Source of the DNA: Antedon mediterranea
Lineage: Eukaryota; Animalia; Echinodermata
Direction of reading: 5' to 3'
DNA length: 64,000 bases
NCBI RefSeq assembly: GCF_964355755.1
Contig: NC_092671.1
Coordinates: 930,001-994,000 of the forward strand
Shown here piece after piece: positions 52,001-64,000 of this stretch; within the stretch, counting starts at the first letter, position 1; every line of letters begins with the position of its first letter. The translations under genes and the position numbers were made by a program. The notes under the pieces are model-generated. The model ran no database searches and had not been told where the DNA came from. It saw only the letters and a program-made list of their open reading frames with translations.

Positions 52001-55000
52001 ATTTAAATGTTACTTAAAAATTGATATTTTATATCTTTTGAGAGTCTAATGATTTCTAAAGCCCTTTCTACACTATCAAACTAGTTTGAAAGTGTGATGT
52101 GCCCAAATATGGTAGTTATATGCTCAAATATGATAATGATATGATATCATGTTCACATATGGGCATGTTACATTTTTTTGTCATATAAAGTTTGATAGTG
52201 TAGACAGAACTTTATATTCTGTTCACACACAAATATCTTTACTTACATGGTTCGCCAACTGACGTCAGTTTCTTGTGAGCTGCCTTCAACTGTTTCTTCA
52301 ATTTCTTCACATTCTTTTCTAGATATTCATTTTGTTCCATCAAATCCTGAAATAAAAAAATGAATAATGAAAATTTTAATAATGTAATCAAATGAATTTA
52401 AAAAATATTTTCTTATTCGCAGGTTCAGCTGGAAGGGCTCTCTAAATAAAGTGAAAATAAATTCTTTATAAGGGCTATTTACGATACCATAAGTTAATGC
52501 AAAATAAATATCAGTTATGCACCTAAAATAGTTGTATTCTGTTTAATACTTCTTTTCTCCATTAATGTAATACTTTGAATTGAACAGATACAATGGAATT
52601 GATTCTAAATTCATAATAAATATCCCTGTCACATCATCTAATTAAACTTTGGAAAGATGAAGCACACACAATTGTATGCCCTTAAGCATTAGACAGAAAA
52701 CAACAGCAATATGACATGTTCATTTTGTTAGTAAAAGAACTCTTTTGGATGAAAGATGTATGAAGAAGATTCAGGAAAAGGTGTGAATAGAAAGAGCTTT
52801 AATTTTATTTAAACTAAAGGAAGGTAAGAACATTGAGCGCAGGATGTGGTGTTTTTTGCGGTCAGTCTTGCAGCTTTTATGGAAAAGGGGCAGGTAGAGG
52901 AAAAGGGCAAACATCATGTGTGGTACTTTGCTTGGCTGGAATAAGTGGAAAGTCCTGTTATAGAAGGATTTTTCACATTAATATTTAACAAATTCTACTC
53001 AATTAAAAACAAAGATATCTAAGCAACATAAATATAATAATATATAAGTATTAACAATCAATAATTAATATTGATTAATAATATGTTTATATATCATTGC
53101 ACTGAAATGTAGCATTTGATAATGATAATAATGACGATGATGATTGTTTTATTTAAAAAAATGTTAAAATTGAATAATGTAGAAAGGCAGCAAATGTGTT
53201 TCACATCAAAACCTTGGATAGGGCATTAAAATGTTAAACACAAATTGAGAGACAAACATCTAAAAGCGGTATATAACTATAAACACTTAACATAATTGGA
53301 ATCTATTACTTAAAGATGTTCTGGGTTTAGAGTGTATCTGTGCTTTAAAGCTTTTTCTACACTATCAAACCTTTTTTGACAAAAACATGTGATGTGCCCA
53401 TATAACATGTACATAATTATCATATTTGGGCAAATCACACTTTTTTGTCAAACTAGTTTGATAGTGTAGACACAGCTTAAAGTAATGCAAGGTTTATTTT
53501 CAACAAAAAAAGCTAATAATTAAAACGTAATTGATCTAAGTTGACATGTTCTGTATTCAAATCATTATAGACAATGTGTTAGGTACCGACTACTCTAGAT
53601 ATTTGATTACTAAACAATCTCCACATGTTACACAATATATAAATGTTTACAATGTCATACCAAATTCTCCCTAACACAAAGACGCATATGCTAAGGTAAA
53701 AAAACAAAGTTAAATACTGTATATTATATGTAATCATGCAATCATATCTAGTGGTTAAATATATAATAATATGATTTTTACAAATTGTTAAATATAACAA
53801 ATACATTCACATGATATATAGGCTATTGAGTTAGTTAGGCCTATTATTTACCATCCCTTCCAGTGCTGTTGAAACTGTTCATATACTGTACATATCATAT
53901 ACTACTGTATGTAATGTTAGCCTGGAGTGGTGTATGTACTAACAGTAGTATGTAAAAGGCAGCAGCAGAATGCTATGACTTGATACTATTTATTAAATGT
54001 CATTAACACATTACTCATAAACAAATATAGAATATTACTCTTTCACATCAAAACCTTGGAGTTTTCACACACCAGAGTACGAGTTGACGCCCCAGTGTGT
54101 GAAAACGTCATAGAGTTTTCACACACCAGAGCACGGGTTGACGCCCAAGTGTGTGAAAACGTCATAGAGTTTTCACACACCAGAGTACGGGTTGACGCCC
54201 CAGTGTGTGAAAACGTCATAGAGTTTTCACACACCAGAGTACGGGTTGACGCCCCAGTGTGTGAAAACGTCAGAGTTTTCACACACCAGAGTACGGGTTG
54301 ACGCCCCAGTGTGTGAAAACGTCATAGTTTTGTTAGGGGTAAACGAACAACATTATAATATAAGCTAAAACTACATATATTATAGATACCTAAATGAAAT
54401 AACAATACTGTATTGACACAATTTCTAATCTAACATTTGTTTGATACGTACCATATTTTCTGTCGTCAACCGTGTGATCTCGTGTTGCGCAATGGCATTC
54501 ACACGATCCTCTGGTTTCAATTTCAAATTCTGTGGACGAAATTTTAGAATGTTTTTTTAAAGTTATGATGATAATGGTAATGATAAAGCCGACATCATGG
54601 TGATGATAATGGTGATGACTTTGATGATGATAATAAAGACAATACTTGTCTTCTGTGACAACAACTTTATGATTCTTACCTCTCCAATAATTTCTTGTTG
54701 TCTGTCATTGTCTTTCATTACTTTCTTCACTTCTTCTTTCAATTCCTTTACTTCATGTTCGTGGTTCTTTGTCTGTGCTTGTAACTCTTTTTCAAGAATT
54801 CTAAAAAAAATGCAAAACATTTTTATAAAAAAGTCACTTTTGTCACCATAAATAACATTTATGGAGAGTGATGGAAAATACTTGATGATGATGATTATTA
54901 ACCTACAATAGAATAAAAACCATACTGATATGAGGTGAAACAATGCTTAATGTAATTGTTCAAATATTATGTATTTCTTACAATGAATTTAAATTAAATA

Positions 55001-58000
55001 ATATATATATTGATAATAGAAACATTTTTAAAAGGCATAAATCATGTAATAGTATAGCAACATCCAAAAGACATTCTTAAGATGCATTGTACCAGTTGAC
55101 TACTTAAGTCAGTCATAAAGTTAAGTACGAAAGTAGATGTAACAGAATCCCTAGAATCAAATTATTAGAGTGCATGCAACATGCATTCTATACAAACAAG
55201 ATATGCCCTTTATGTAGATTGTCTTATTTGCATAAATGCAAATGCTATTTTTGGAGGTTTACACCTTCATACATTACTTAAGGTACTTATAATATTAAAA
55301 CCCTTATGAATATGATAAATATGTAATTTACATATTCTTATTATCTAATAGTAATACCAGATAACCAGATAATATCAGATCATTGACTATTCATACTGGA
55401 TGTAACACCTGTACTATGTTCAAATGCAAATACTTATTATAGAACAAAACAGCATGCATATAAAATAATTTCCATTGTTAAAGTAAACACCAACTACACT
55501 GTTGCTATTTCACCCTCTCTCAATAAAATTATATATTTTAGAAACCGAAATGTAATTTTAATTAGCAAAACAAAACAAGCTTAATTGAATGAAAGTAGTT
55601 AAGTTAGTGCTAAGAACGGTGCTAAGCTATCCTATTGGTGAAATGCAAGAGATTGAGTGCGCTGAAAACAAGCTGAAAGAGGAAGAAACGTGATTGGATG
55701 ATGAGTAAACCAATAGGTGGAGGTTACTCACAATTTTTGAATCAAAAGATCATTTTGTATTTCAGCTAGATCTCCGTATTTATGTACAGTGTCATGTAAG
55801 CTGGACTGACTGACTGATAGTGCTGTGATTAAACTAACAGGACAAAAACACACACATTTAACAGTAGGTTGTGAGTAGGGGTGTAGGGTAACTAGGGTGT
55901 AGGGTAACTAGGGGTTGAGTAGGGATATAGGGCAGTTAGGGTATAGGGCAGTTAGGGTGTAGGGTAGCTAGGGTGTAGAGAAGCAGGGGATAAGAGTAGA
56001 GTGTGAATATTTGGCAAGGATGATTAAAAACATAAATCAAGTAGGGGTTATATGATGAGAGAAGACTAAGCTTGGTTCCAACTTAGACACAACGTAACAA
56101 ATGGTTACTTGACCAATCATGATGCGATGGCTCATCCAAACTGTTGCTTGGGATTGGTCAACTCACTTGCATTGTACCTGCATCATTGCATTACGTCCAA
56201 GTGAGAACCAAATTTTACATTTCACTTCTATTTTATAGAGAGCGATAGAAGGTTTGGTGTCCATTTATATATGGAAACTGGTTTTTTCATGTTGAAATTG
56301 TTAGAAGAAAATGTAAATGTGAAGAAATGGGACAAGTGACAAGATATTAATGTGACAAGTGACAGAGTGGCATGGAATGTCACTGAGACAGGAAGGTACA
56401 TTCAAAGTGCGAGGGGAAGAGATTATTGGGGAAAAGGTAAATATACATTAACATACAACAAACAACTTTTTATATTTACAAAACAACATTGAACATTAGT
56501 TAGGTTTATACCTATTAGCTTACTTAATATATCAACACTACGTCTTTGTTAAATAATAATAATAATATAAATATTAAATATATTTCAATATCAAAATGCA
56601 TTTTTTGCATGCAATAATAAAAACACCAATATTTAGTTTAGTTTTTATTTAAATTCATGCTGTAATATTCATTTTTCTTTGAGTAAACACCTAAAGAACC
56701 ACTGCTGAAGAAAATTTGCATTGCTGTATTTTTGTGAAGTCTAGATAAATATCATACAATCCAACTTTATTAAGAAAAAAATAAATTGATTTGATCCACA
56801 GAGACAAGCAAAATTTGTGTATGAATACCAGGGAGTTGTTATTCCCTGTGAATACATACATCTAGAAATACATACTGTTCACATACATTAATGTGTACAA
56901 TTGAAATACATACTGTTCACATACATTAATGTGTACAATTGAAATTCATTAGTTATTTGAGGCAGCGTTTGTTCTTATGACTTACTAAATATTTTAGTTT
57001 TACCATAACCCAGTGAATAATCTCAGTTCTTTGTATGAAGAATGAATGGATAACAAAATATGCTTCTTATAAAACAGTTAAAATGAAACAAAATATAACC
57101 TACCAAGTTGTCATCAGTAATTTGCTGTTAACATTTATACAAACCCTCAATATATCACTACGCATACACACACCACCACGCGCATATACCTACCACCAAT
57201 ATTTTTGTATTTTTTATATTTTGTACTGTTTGAGCTTGTCAACAACAAAAAATAGTTTGGACCAATAACTAACAGTATTCTGTAAACACTTACTGATTGG
57301 TCATTTTCAACGACTGGTACGCCATCTCCAAGTCACCATCTTTATTCAAATCTTCAGCTGCTTGGTCCACATACAACTGACGGTCAGTGTTAGTTCCAGC
57401 GTCCACGACATCTGGTGTGGCCACTTCTCGATGAACTATTTGCTCAGTCTTTAATTTAATGATTTCATCACGATGTTTTTCATTTTCAAGATTCAATACT
57501 TCAATCTGCTGGTTGAAGACTTTGATGACTTGAGATCCATCACCTTCAGATGCTTTTTCTAAAGACTCTTTGTACATTTCTACTTCTTCTCTTAGTTTAT
57601 TATTATCTTCTTTTAGTCGCTGCATCTGTAAATGTAATTCATTTTAAATAATAATGAAAAGTGTCCTCGGTTTCAAAATATTATTTTTCTGGGTCTTCTT
57701 CTGGCTTATGCTTTATAGAGCTTCATTGATGTTATGTTGAACAAATAAATAAAATTATTATTACCGATCTCAACCTCTTTGTTGTTATATCACTCATGAC
57801 CAAAAGCTAAATGTTTCAGCCAAAAGAATTTACCTGTAGGTTTGTGGTGTGAATTTCTTTCTCTAAACCATTGGAACGCTCTTTGTTAACATCATCCTTC
57901 TTTTCTAAATCAACCTCTAACTGCTTCTTTTCTTTTTCTAAATCTTTTAATCGTTTTTGCAATTTTAAGAAGATACTCATATCCATACTGGCCTTTTCTT

Positions 58001-61000
58001 CGCCTTGTTCCTAAAATGATACAATTATTTTAGGTTTAAAAATGTATGACAACTTGATAAAATTTGAGCTAAAATTTAATTGTGTAAGTGTAAATAAATT
58101 AATAAGAAATAAATAATAAAATGCTGTGCTCATGCATAAATATTTGTATAAATTATTTTTGTTTATCTCCGCCTGCTAGTGGAATTTTTTTTTAAATCTC
58201 TGTTGGCTGTGAACTGAAAAAAAACATACCTCAATTTCTCTATCTACAGTGTCGGTGTCATCTAAATCAGTAGTGCTTAGCGTACCATACCCAGATTCAC
58301 TTCCCTCCTTCACATCTATCACAATTTGCCTTTCTACTGGATGCGATTCTATCGTTTTTACTTCCGTTTCTAAACTTTTCACTTCATCTTCCAGGTTTTG
58401 TTTTCGTTGTTCTAGCCGCGTGTAATCTTGTACCAGTTTTTGATGATTGTATCGTTCATCTTCTAGATCTTTACGAAGACCCGCAGTTTCATCTTCAACT
58501 TGTTTTTTAATTTCACCTAAAATAATATCAATTTGTCTAATGTTTACCATGTTTCCTAATTTTAATTTCTCTATAGCTTTGTGACTTTATGTGACAAAAA
58601 ATGTGATGTGCCCATATATGGACATGATGATGTCAAAACACTAACATATTTGGGCATATCACTACCATATTTAGAAAGCATACTGTATGTGTGTAGATAT
58701 GTATATAATTTAACACTGTTAGTGACATTGGTACGTACCTTCCATTCTCTCGCCTTGTTCTTTAAGTATATTTTCTTTTTCAAGAACATCTTTCCTTAAC
58801 TTCTCACTTTCTGCTTCTAATAATTTTTTCTCCTAATAAAAAAAAAAAAAAAAATTAACAAGAGTTGTAGATCAATTTCTTTAAACAATGGAAAACACAT
58901 TTGATTTAGAAAAAAATTCAAAATTGACAATTTTTCACTGTATTCATCATTAACGATCAATGATTAGTTCCCATTCCCTGTGAAGTTTTTGAGTTGTGCG
59001 TAGCATATACATTTTCCAAATGCAGTTGACTTATTAAATATAATTGTAGCAAAGTACTAATAATAGCTCGCATACAACAAATATCTTCTCCAATCACAAA
59101 CAAACAATCTCATATAAGCTCGCAATCAACTATCCAATGTATTTCCAATCACACACAAACAATCTCATATAAGCTCGCAATCAACTATCCAATGTATTTC
59201 CAATCACACACAAACAATCTCATATAAGCTCGCAATCAACTATCCAATGTATTTCCAATCACACACAAATAATCTCATATAAGCTCGCAATCGACTATCC
59301 AATGTATTTCCAATCACACACAAACAATCTCATATAAGCTCGCAATCAACTATCCAATGTATTTCCAATCACACACAACACAAAAAATCTCAACTTTGAT
59401 CCTCTCAATAATTTCCTGCAATAAACTCCAAGAGTGGATAAGTATAATGATAAATACTGAATACTGGTAAAACATTTCAGTCCTGTAAAGGTAAAACAAG
59501 ACTCAAGTAAGTCTCAACAATGACAATAATGATAACGTTGATTTTGATAAATGATCAATTATAATTAATTGATGACACCTTCTTCTGTTGAAAATTAATT
59601 TCAAAATGACAACAATGTGGAAAACAAACAAAAAACAAGATAAAAACAAGATGGTCTGTCCTTGCATCCTTTATTGCCAACAGAATTAAAAACTAATAAT
59701 TTGATAAAATAATTATATTTTTTAAATATTGTACTGACTCTAGTATAAGGTAAGGACCAACATTTTCATAAAATAAGATGAAAATAACTTGGTGGATGGA
59801 CTTAGACTGAGACCAAGGAAGAGTGAAATTACAATGATGTCACTCTTCTCGGCTGAGACAGTACAGTATTAATTAATAATAAAACATAATGTTCTAATTT
59901 TAAAACAAAGGGTCAGGATAAACAAAGACAGACCACATAACAAACAAAACATAAACAAATAAACAAGACAGTATCTAGACCAAGCACTAATGATTGTTCC
60001 ACAGGCCTAGGAATACCCGTAAAGATTAGGCCAAGAACTTTGTGAGATATCTTGTAAATTGGACAACAAATAACAGGTGAAAATATACCTTCCTAAAGGT
60101 CTGTCTACACTACCAAACTTTATGTGACAAAAAAATGTGATGTGTTTATATATGGACACGATGATCTTATATCTCTACCATATTTATGCATATCATTACC
60201 ATATATGGGCAGATCACACTTTTTTGTTTGATAGTGTAGACAGGGCTTTAGTGGAGATAACGATAAACTTTTAATATTACATAAAATGTAAATACAGTAT
60301 GTTTACAAGGTATGTAACTAATGAAGTCTTCATATTGCACATTTTAGAAAGAAATATGAAATTACTGTGAAAAATTGTTTCCTAATTTTAAACATACTAT
60401 TTGTGTAAATTCACTAATTATTTCTACTTGTTTGAAATACTATAAAAATGCCTGCACTTTATTTACATTTCATGATTTTAAAAGTTTTAAGCTGAATGCA
60501 AAATAAGTAATAATTTTATGGTTTCTATTTTTAAAAATGGTAATATTTTAAAAAGTTTATGTGTTTTATACTTAATTAAATATATATTATATAGATTATA
60601 TTAATTAAACTAAATATATTTATAATTAAAATGTATTACTGTTTGATTGAGTATAGAGAACTAAGTACATTTGCCCGAACTTGGTGGCTTATGCTCTATT
60701 TAACACTGGATGTGGCAAAGTGGGATTGTACAGGAGTTATTAGTAAGTTAGTTTGGTATATAACTGGCTTATTAATGATAAAAACGTAGTGATTGTTAGT
60801 ATACTAGCACTGTGAATGTATTAGTGAACAATACACAAATATCAATAAAAGTTACTTTATTATTGAATTTGTAATATACAGCCTACCAATAATAGTATTA
60901 TTGCATTCAATGTATGTATGTTATTTTTAAGCTGTGATATTAGAATGAATATTAGTATGTTAGTTTTGTAATACTTTTCACATTGTTTATGTATTAATTC

Positions 61001-64000
61001 AGTTTTAATATAATTTAATTATTATATATTAGTATTAATATCAATTTATTATGTAAACTGAATATTTATAATAGATAGATAAATTTGTGAAAATATGATA
61101 TGGCATATTATGTATATATTTTATATAAATATTGCTGTAATAATGCAGTCTCAAACTCTGTATAATACTCTGAAATCCACAAATTCTCCCAACATTTAAA
61201 TAAAATTGTCCAAAGGATCTCAAAGGAACTCCTCCCAACTAAAGTAATTGAATCATCAATTCAGACCCAGTTGATTGGTGTCCAATATTGAAAAAGTGTA
61301 AATCTAATATATAAAATATAAACAGCTTTGCATAGATATATAAATGATTTCAGCGGTGCAATTGTAGGGTGTGATTTTTTTTTTTTGAGCATTTTTTTTT
61401 TCCATTGAAATGTCAAATAATATGCTGAATTTAATGTTTTGCAATATACTTAAACAAATTTAGAAGATAGAGGAGCCAAGCCACGTAGGCCGCACCTGGA
61501 TAAGCCTATGACTAGCTATCATGGACATATGGAAGACGGAAACATTGAGGTGAGATTTACAGAATCACTCAAGTTATCAACCACTCAACACAAAATATCA
61601 TGTCACAACCTCATAAAAACGCTCTCGCATCACATTATATAATATTAGCCTGGCAGCAAATTTTGTTTCAAGATTAGCTTATGAAGACACCACAACTGCT
61701 ATTAGTATATTGTTAATATACGCACAACCCTAAATGGAATGTTATTAGCTGAAATATAAGTTATGTTAATAATAAAATATATAAAAATATATAAAATAGC
61801 ACCTTTAAATGAAAGTTTTGCACATTAAAACAATATATATATATAGTCAACAATTAGTAGCTAACTACTGCAGAAGTATTAAACAGGAAAGGGATTTTTG
61901 AAAGGCAATTTGGATGGAATGATACAAGGTGTTCTTTTTATTATTGTACAAACTACTTTAGTTTCCATGCTAAAATATCATTAAAATAAAGGAATGAGAA
62001 ATGAGGTTACTAATCCTTATCAAGGTGTTGTAAGACTGTTGCCATGATCTTGGCAAAACTTAAGTACATTCTGTAAACCTGTCTACTATCTAATCTAAAA
62101 TAAGGCTTCACCTGATTAAACTGTTCTTGTGCAGCTTTCATATCTAATAAGAGTTTGTCTCTTTCGGTTCTCGTCTCGTCTAACTCGCGTCTCAACTTTG
62201 TAAGTTCGTCTTCCATCTCTACCTTCTTTTTCTGCAGCACGTCAACTTCTCCTCCGCGGCTTTCCATTTCTTTAACTTTTGTTTCTAGTTTTATTATAAC
62301 TTCCTCTTTTTCTTTATTCATTGATGACACCTTTGCCTAGAAAAATAAACATATATTATCAATTAATGGGGAGAAAACAGAAAATTAATTTCAGTATTCT
62401 ACTATCCGTTTTTTAGTTTTCAATCCTGATTTGAATAACATAATTTAAAATATATTTATTGCAAACAAAAGTAGAAATATGAATATATTATGTAGTTTTA
62501 ATTTACTCTTAAAAATAAATAAAAAGAAGCTAATATAATGGAAGAAGCAGAGATGTCCCTGAGTAGAATACAGTATCTCATGCTAATACCAGGGAGTTGT
62601 TAACAACACCCGGGTAATACCATAGAGATCTCTATGGTATTACCAGGGACTTGTTAACAACACCCTGGTAATACCATAGAGATCTCTATGGTAATACAAG
62701 GGAGTTGTTAACAACACCCTGGTAATACCATAAAGATCTCTATGGTAATACAAGGGAGTTGTTAACAACACCCTGGTAATACCATAGAGATCTCTATGGT
62801 AATACAAGGGAGTTGTTAACAACACCCTGGTAATACCATAGAGATCTCTATGGTAATACAAGGGAGTTGTTAACAACACCCTGGTAATACCATAGAGATC
62901 TCTATGGTAATACAAGGGAGTTGTTAACAACACCCTGGTAATACCATAGAGATCTCTATGGTAATACAAAGTTCAAGATAACTCTTACAATATTTGGTTT
63001 GGAAACTTTATAGCACCTACCTGTTGATTAAGTTTCTGTTGAAGTTCAATGATTTTATTTTCCATTCCTATATTTAGTTTCTTAAAATGTTCAACAGACT
63101 TGGCTTCAATCTATAAGAAAAGTGAATTATTTCAATGTGTTGATATGCTTCAGTGAACAAGTGACAATTTTGAATGCCTTTTATACGCTTGAATGGGCAA
63201 GTTGACAATTGAAATGTTACAAACAATTTTATGTCTATTACTGTAAAATGAAAAGGTTGTTGTCAACAAGAAAAGAAAATATCTCTGTTTTGAACACCTT
63301 ACTAGAAAAATCACCTAACTTGAAAAAAGTGAAATATCAGGAGAATTTGTGAAAGCATAGAGGGCGTTAATAAATAAAAATACTATAGAACGCTCTATAT
63401 ATATGACTGGCTGGTATTAAGAATGCCTCTAAATATTCATACTATTATTAGTTATCCGCACCTTGTTATTAATATTATTATATAATATGAATTCCCAGAA
63501 GTGGCCTAGCAGAAGAGCCTAAAAAATGATACAATATGTTTTTTTCCCATATCAAAATTAATCTACAAATTTGCACTCTTGGCGGGAGACACAGGATTGA
63601 CTTAGAATATCAGAAACCTCCTACGATTAGACTTCTTATAGAAGACTTTTTGAAGTCTGCCTTACTACAGCACATCACCACCATAATTTGGAATGTCAAT
63701 AAATGTATTATGTCTAAAACCATGTGAAATTTAAGTTAAGTAAATTGCAAATCCAATTAAAGTGCTTTGTCTCAACTCCTACGAACAATAAAAACAAATG
63801 TAGAATGATATGTTGAATATAAAAAAAGGAAAAATACAGATACCTTAAGTTGTTTCAATTCTCTCTTTGCATACATTCTTCTTGTACAACATTGTAATAA
63901 TATAATCGCTTTGCGTGCTTTTTGATAAGATCTCCTGGCAAGCAATCCTCTTGTGTATCTTTGTATCGTTGTGGCTCGTGCTTCCCGTAGTACTTCTTTG
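49027..64000 (-). CDS. MYO5: Unconventional myosin class V, 3' part (IQ motifs, coiled coil, dilute/globular tail); 5' part outside window
   Basis: Phase-consistent GT-AG exons (minus): 64000-63844, 63110-63021, 62336-62112, 58832-58739, 58516-58230, 58010-57834, 57625-57294, 54800-54680, 54529-54452, 52346-52247, 51986-51816, 51619-51468, 51212-51123, 50841-50691, 50562-50426, 50275-50204, 49927-49667, 49266-49027. Myosin V motifs: [141 protein letters not shown]. Confidence 0.95.
53349..53477. mobile_element. MITE family A copy in myosin V intron
   Basis: TAA|AGCTTTTTCTACACTATCAAAC...GATAGTGTAGACACAGCT|TAA. Confidence 0.8.
54059..54327. repeat. 54-bp hairpin-containing minisatellite, 5 copies (myosin V intron)
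   Basis: Each unit has the inverted pair GTTTTCACACAC...GTGTGTGAAAAC. Confidence 0.95.
55732..55833 (-). CDS. Candidate alternative cassette exon of myosin V (102 nt, 34 codons)
   Basis: Acceptor ttttgtcctgttAG and donor GTGAGT. Symmetric phase 2-2 matches the flanking exons. Stop-free: (H)[33 protein letters not shown](L). Confidence 0.6.
55876..55990. repeat. Degenerate TAGGG-rich repeat
   Basis: About 13 GGG tracts (TAGGGTG, TAGGGTAAC, TAGGGCAGT). Confidence 0.8.
59090..59380. repeat. 55-bp minisatellite, ~5 copies (myosin V intron)
   Basis: Unit CAATCTCATATAAGCTCGCAATCAACTATCCAATGTATTTCCAATCACACACAAA. Confidence 0.95.
60096..60247. mobile_element. MITE family A copy in myosin V intron
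   Basis: AGGTCTGTCTACACTACCAAACT...GTTTGATAGTGTAGACAGGGCT with the internal ATGTGATGTG / CATATTT core. Confidence 0.8.
62584..62969. repeat. 54-bp minisatellite made of two palindromes (alternating inverted 27-mers), ~7 copies
   Basis: TACCATAGAGATCTCTATGGTA and AGGGAGTTGTTAACAACACCCT alternate. Confidence 0.95.

Noticed and set aside
54059-54327. CRISPR-like palindromic repeats
   Set aside because: The loops are the same in every unit (no unique spacers), there are no cas genes, and the context is a eukaryotic intron.
52347-54451. Equivalent of vertebrate MYO5A exon F in this intron
   Set aside because: Candidates near 53852-53940 were out of phase or contained stops; none supportable.
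55876-55990. Interstitial telomeric array
   Set aside because: Only two exact TTAGGG units; the rest is an irregular TAGGG-based repeat.
62584-62969. CRISPR array or 109-aa protein
   Set aside because: No variable spacers; the ORF is a translation of the tandem repeat.

Overview
AT-rich, intron-rich animal genomic DNA; protein similarity suggests an invertebrate deuterostome, but that is inference. Right third: the 3' half of a class V myosin gene (minus strand, 64000 to 49027; last IQ motifs, coiled coil and dilute/globular tail), an intact tRNA-Arg(CCG) gene (45910-45982) and a complete 8-exon HUS1 gene (minus strand, 45369 to 41706, 279 aa). The left ~40 kb has no recognisable host coding exon and is mostly non-autonomous DNA transposons (Harbinger-like with TAA/TTA TSD, hAT-like with 6-bp TSD, a putative Sola-like element), tRNA-derived SINEs, L2/RTE LINE tails and minisatellites. 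The main feature is a full-length, apparently very recent Gmr1-clade Gypsy LTR retrotransposon (28858-34923). It has two 460-bp LTRs that look identical, an ACTGT TSD, one 1519-aa ORF in the unusual order gag(SCAN-like)-PR-IN-RT-RH, and a duplicated tRNA-Leu PBS. Each LTR also carries a cluster of canonical heat-shock elements just upstream of the TATA box. Other notable items are a frame-preserving candidate myosin V cassette exon at the vertebrate exon-D position and a minisatellite built of alternating inverted 27-bp monomers. All calls were made by eye, without database searches.
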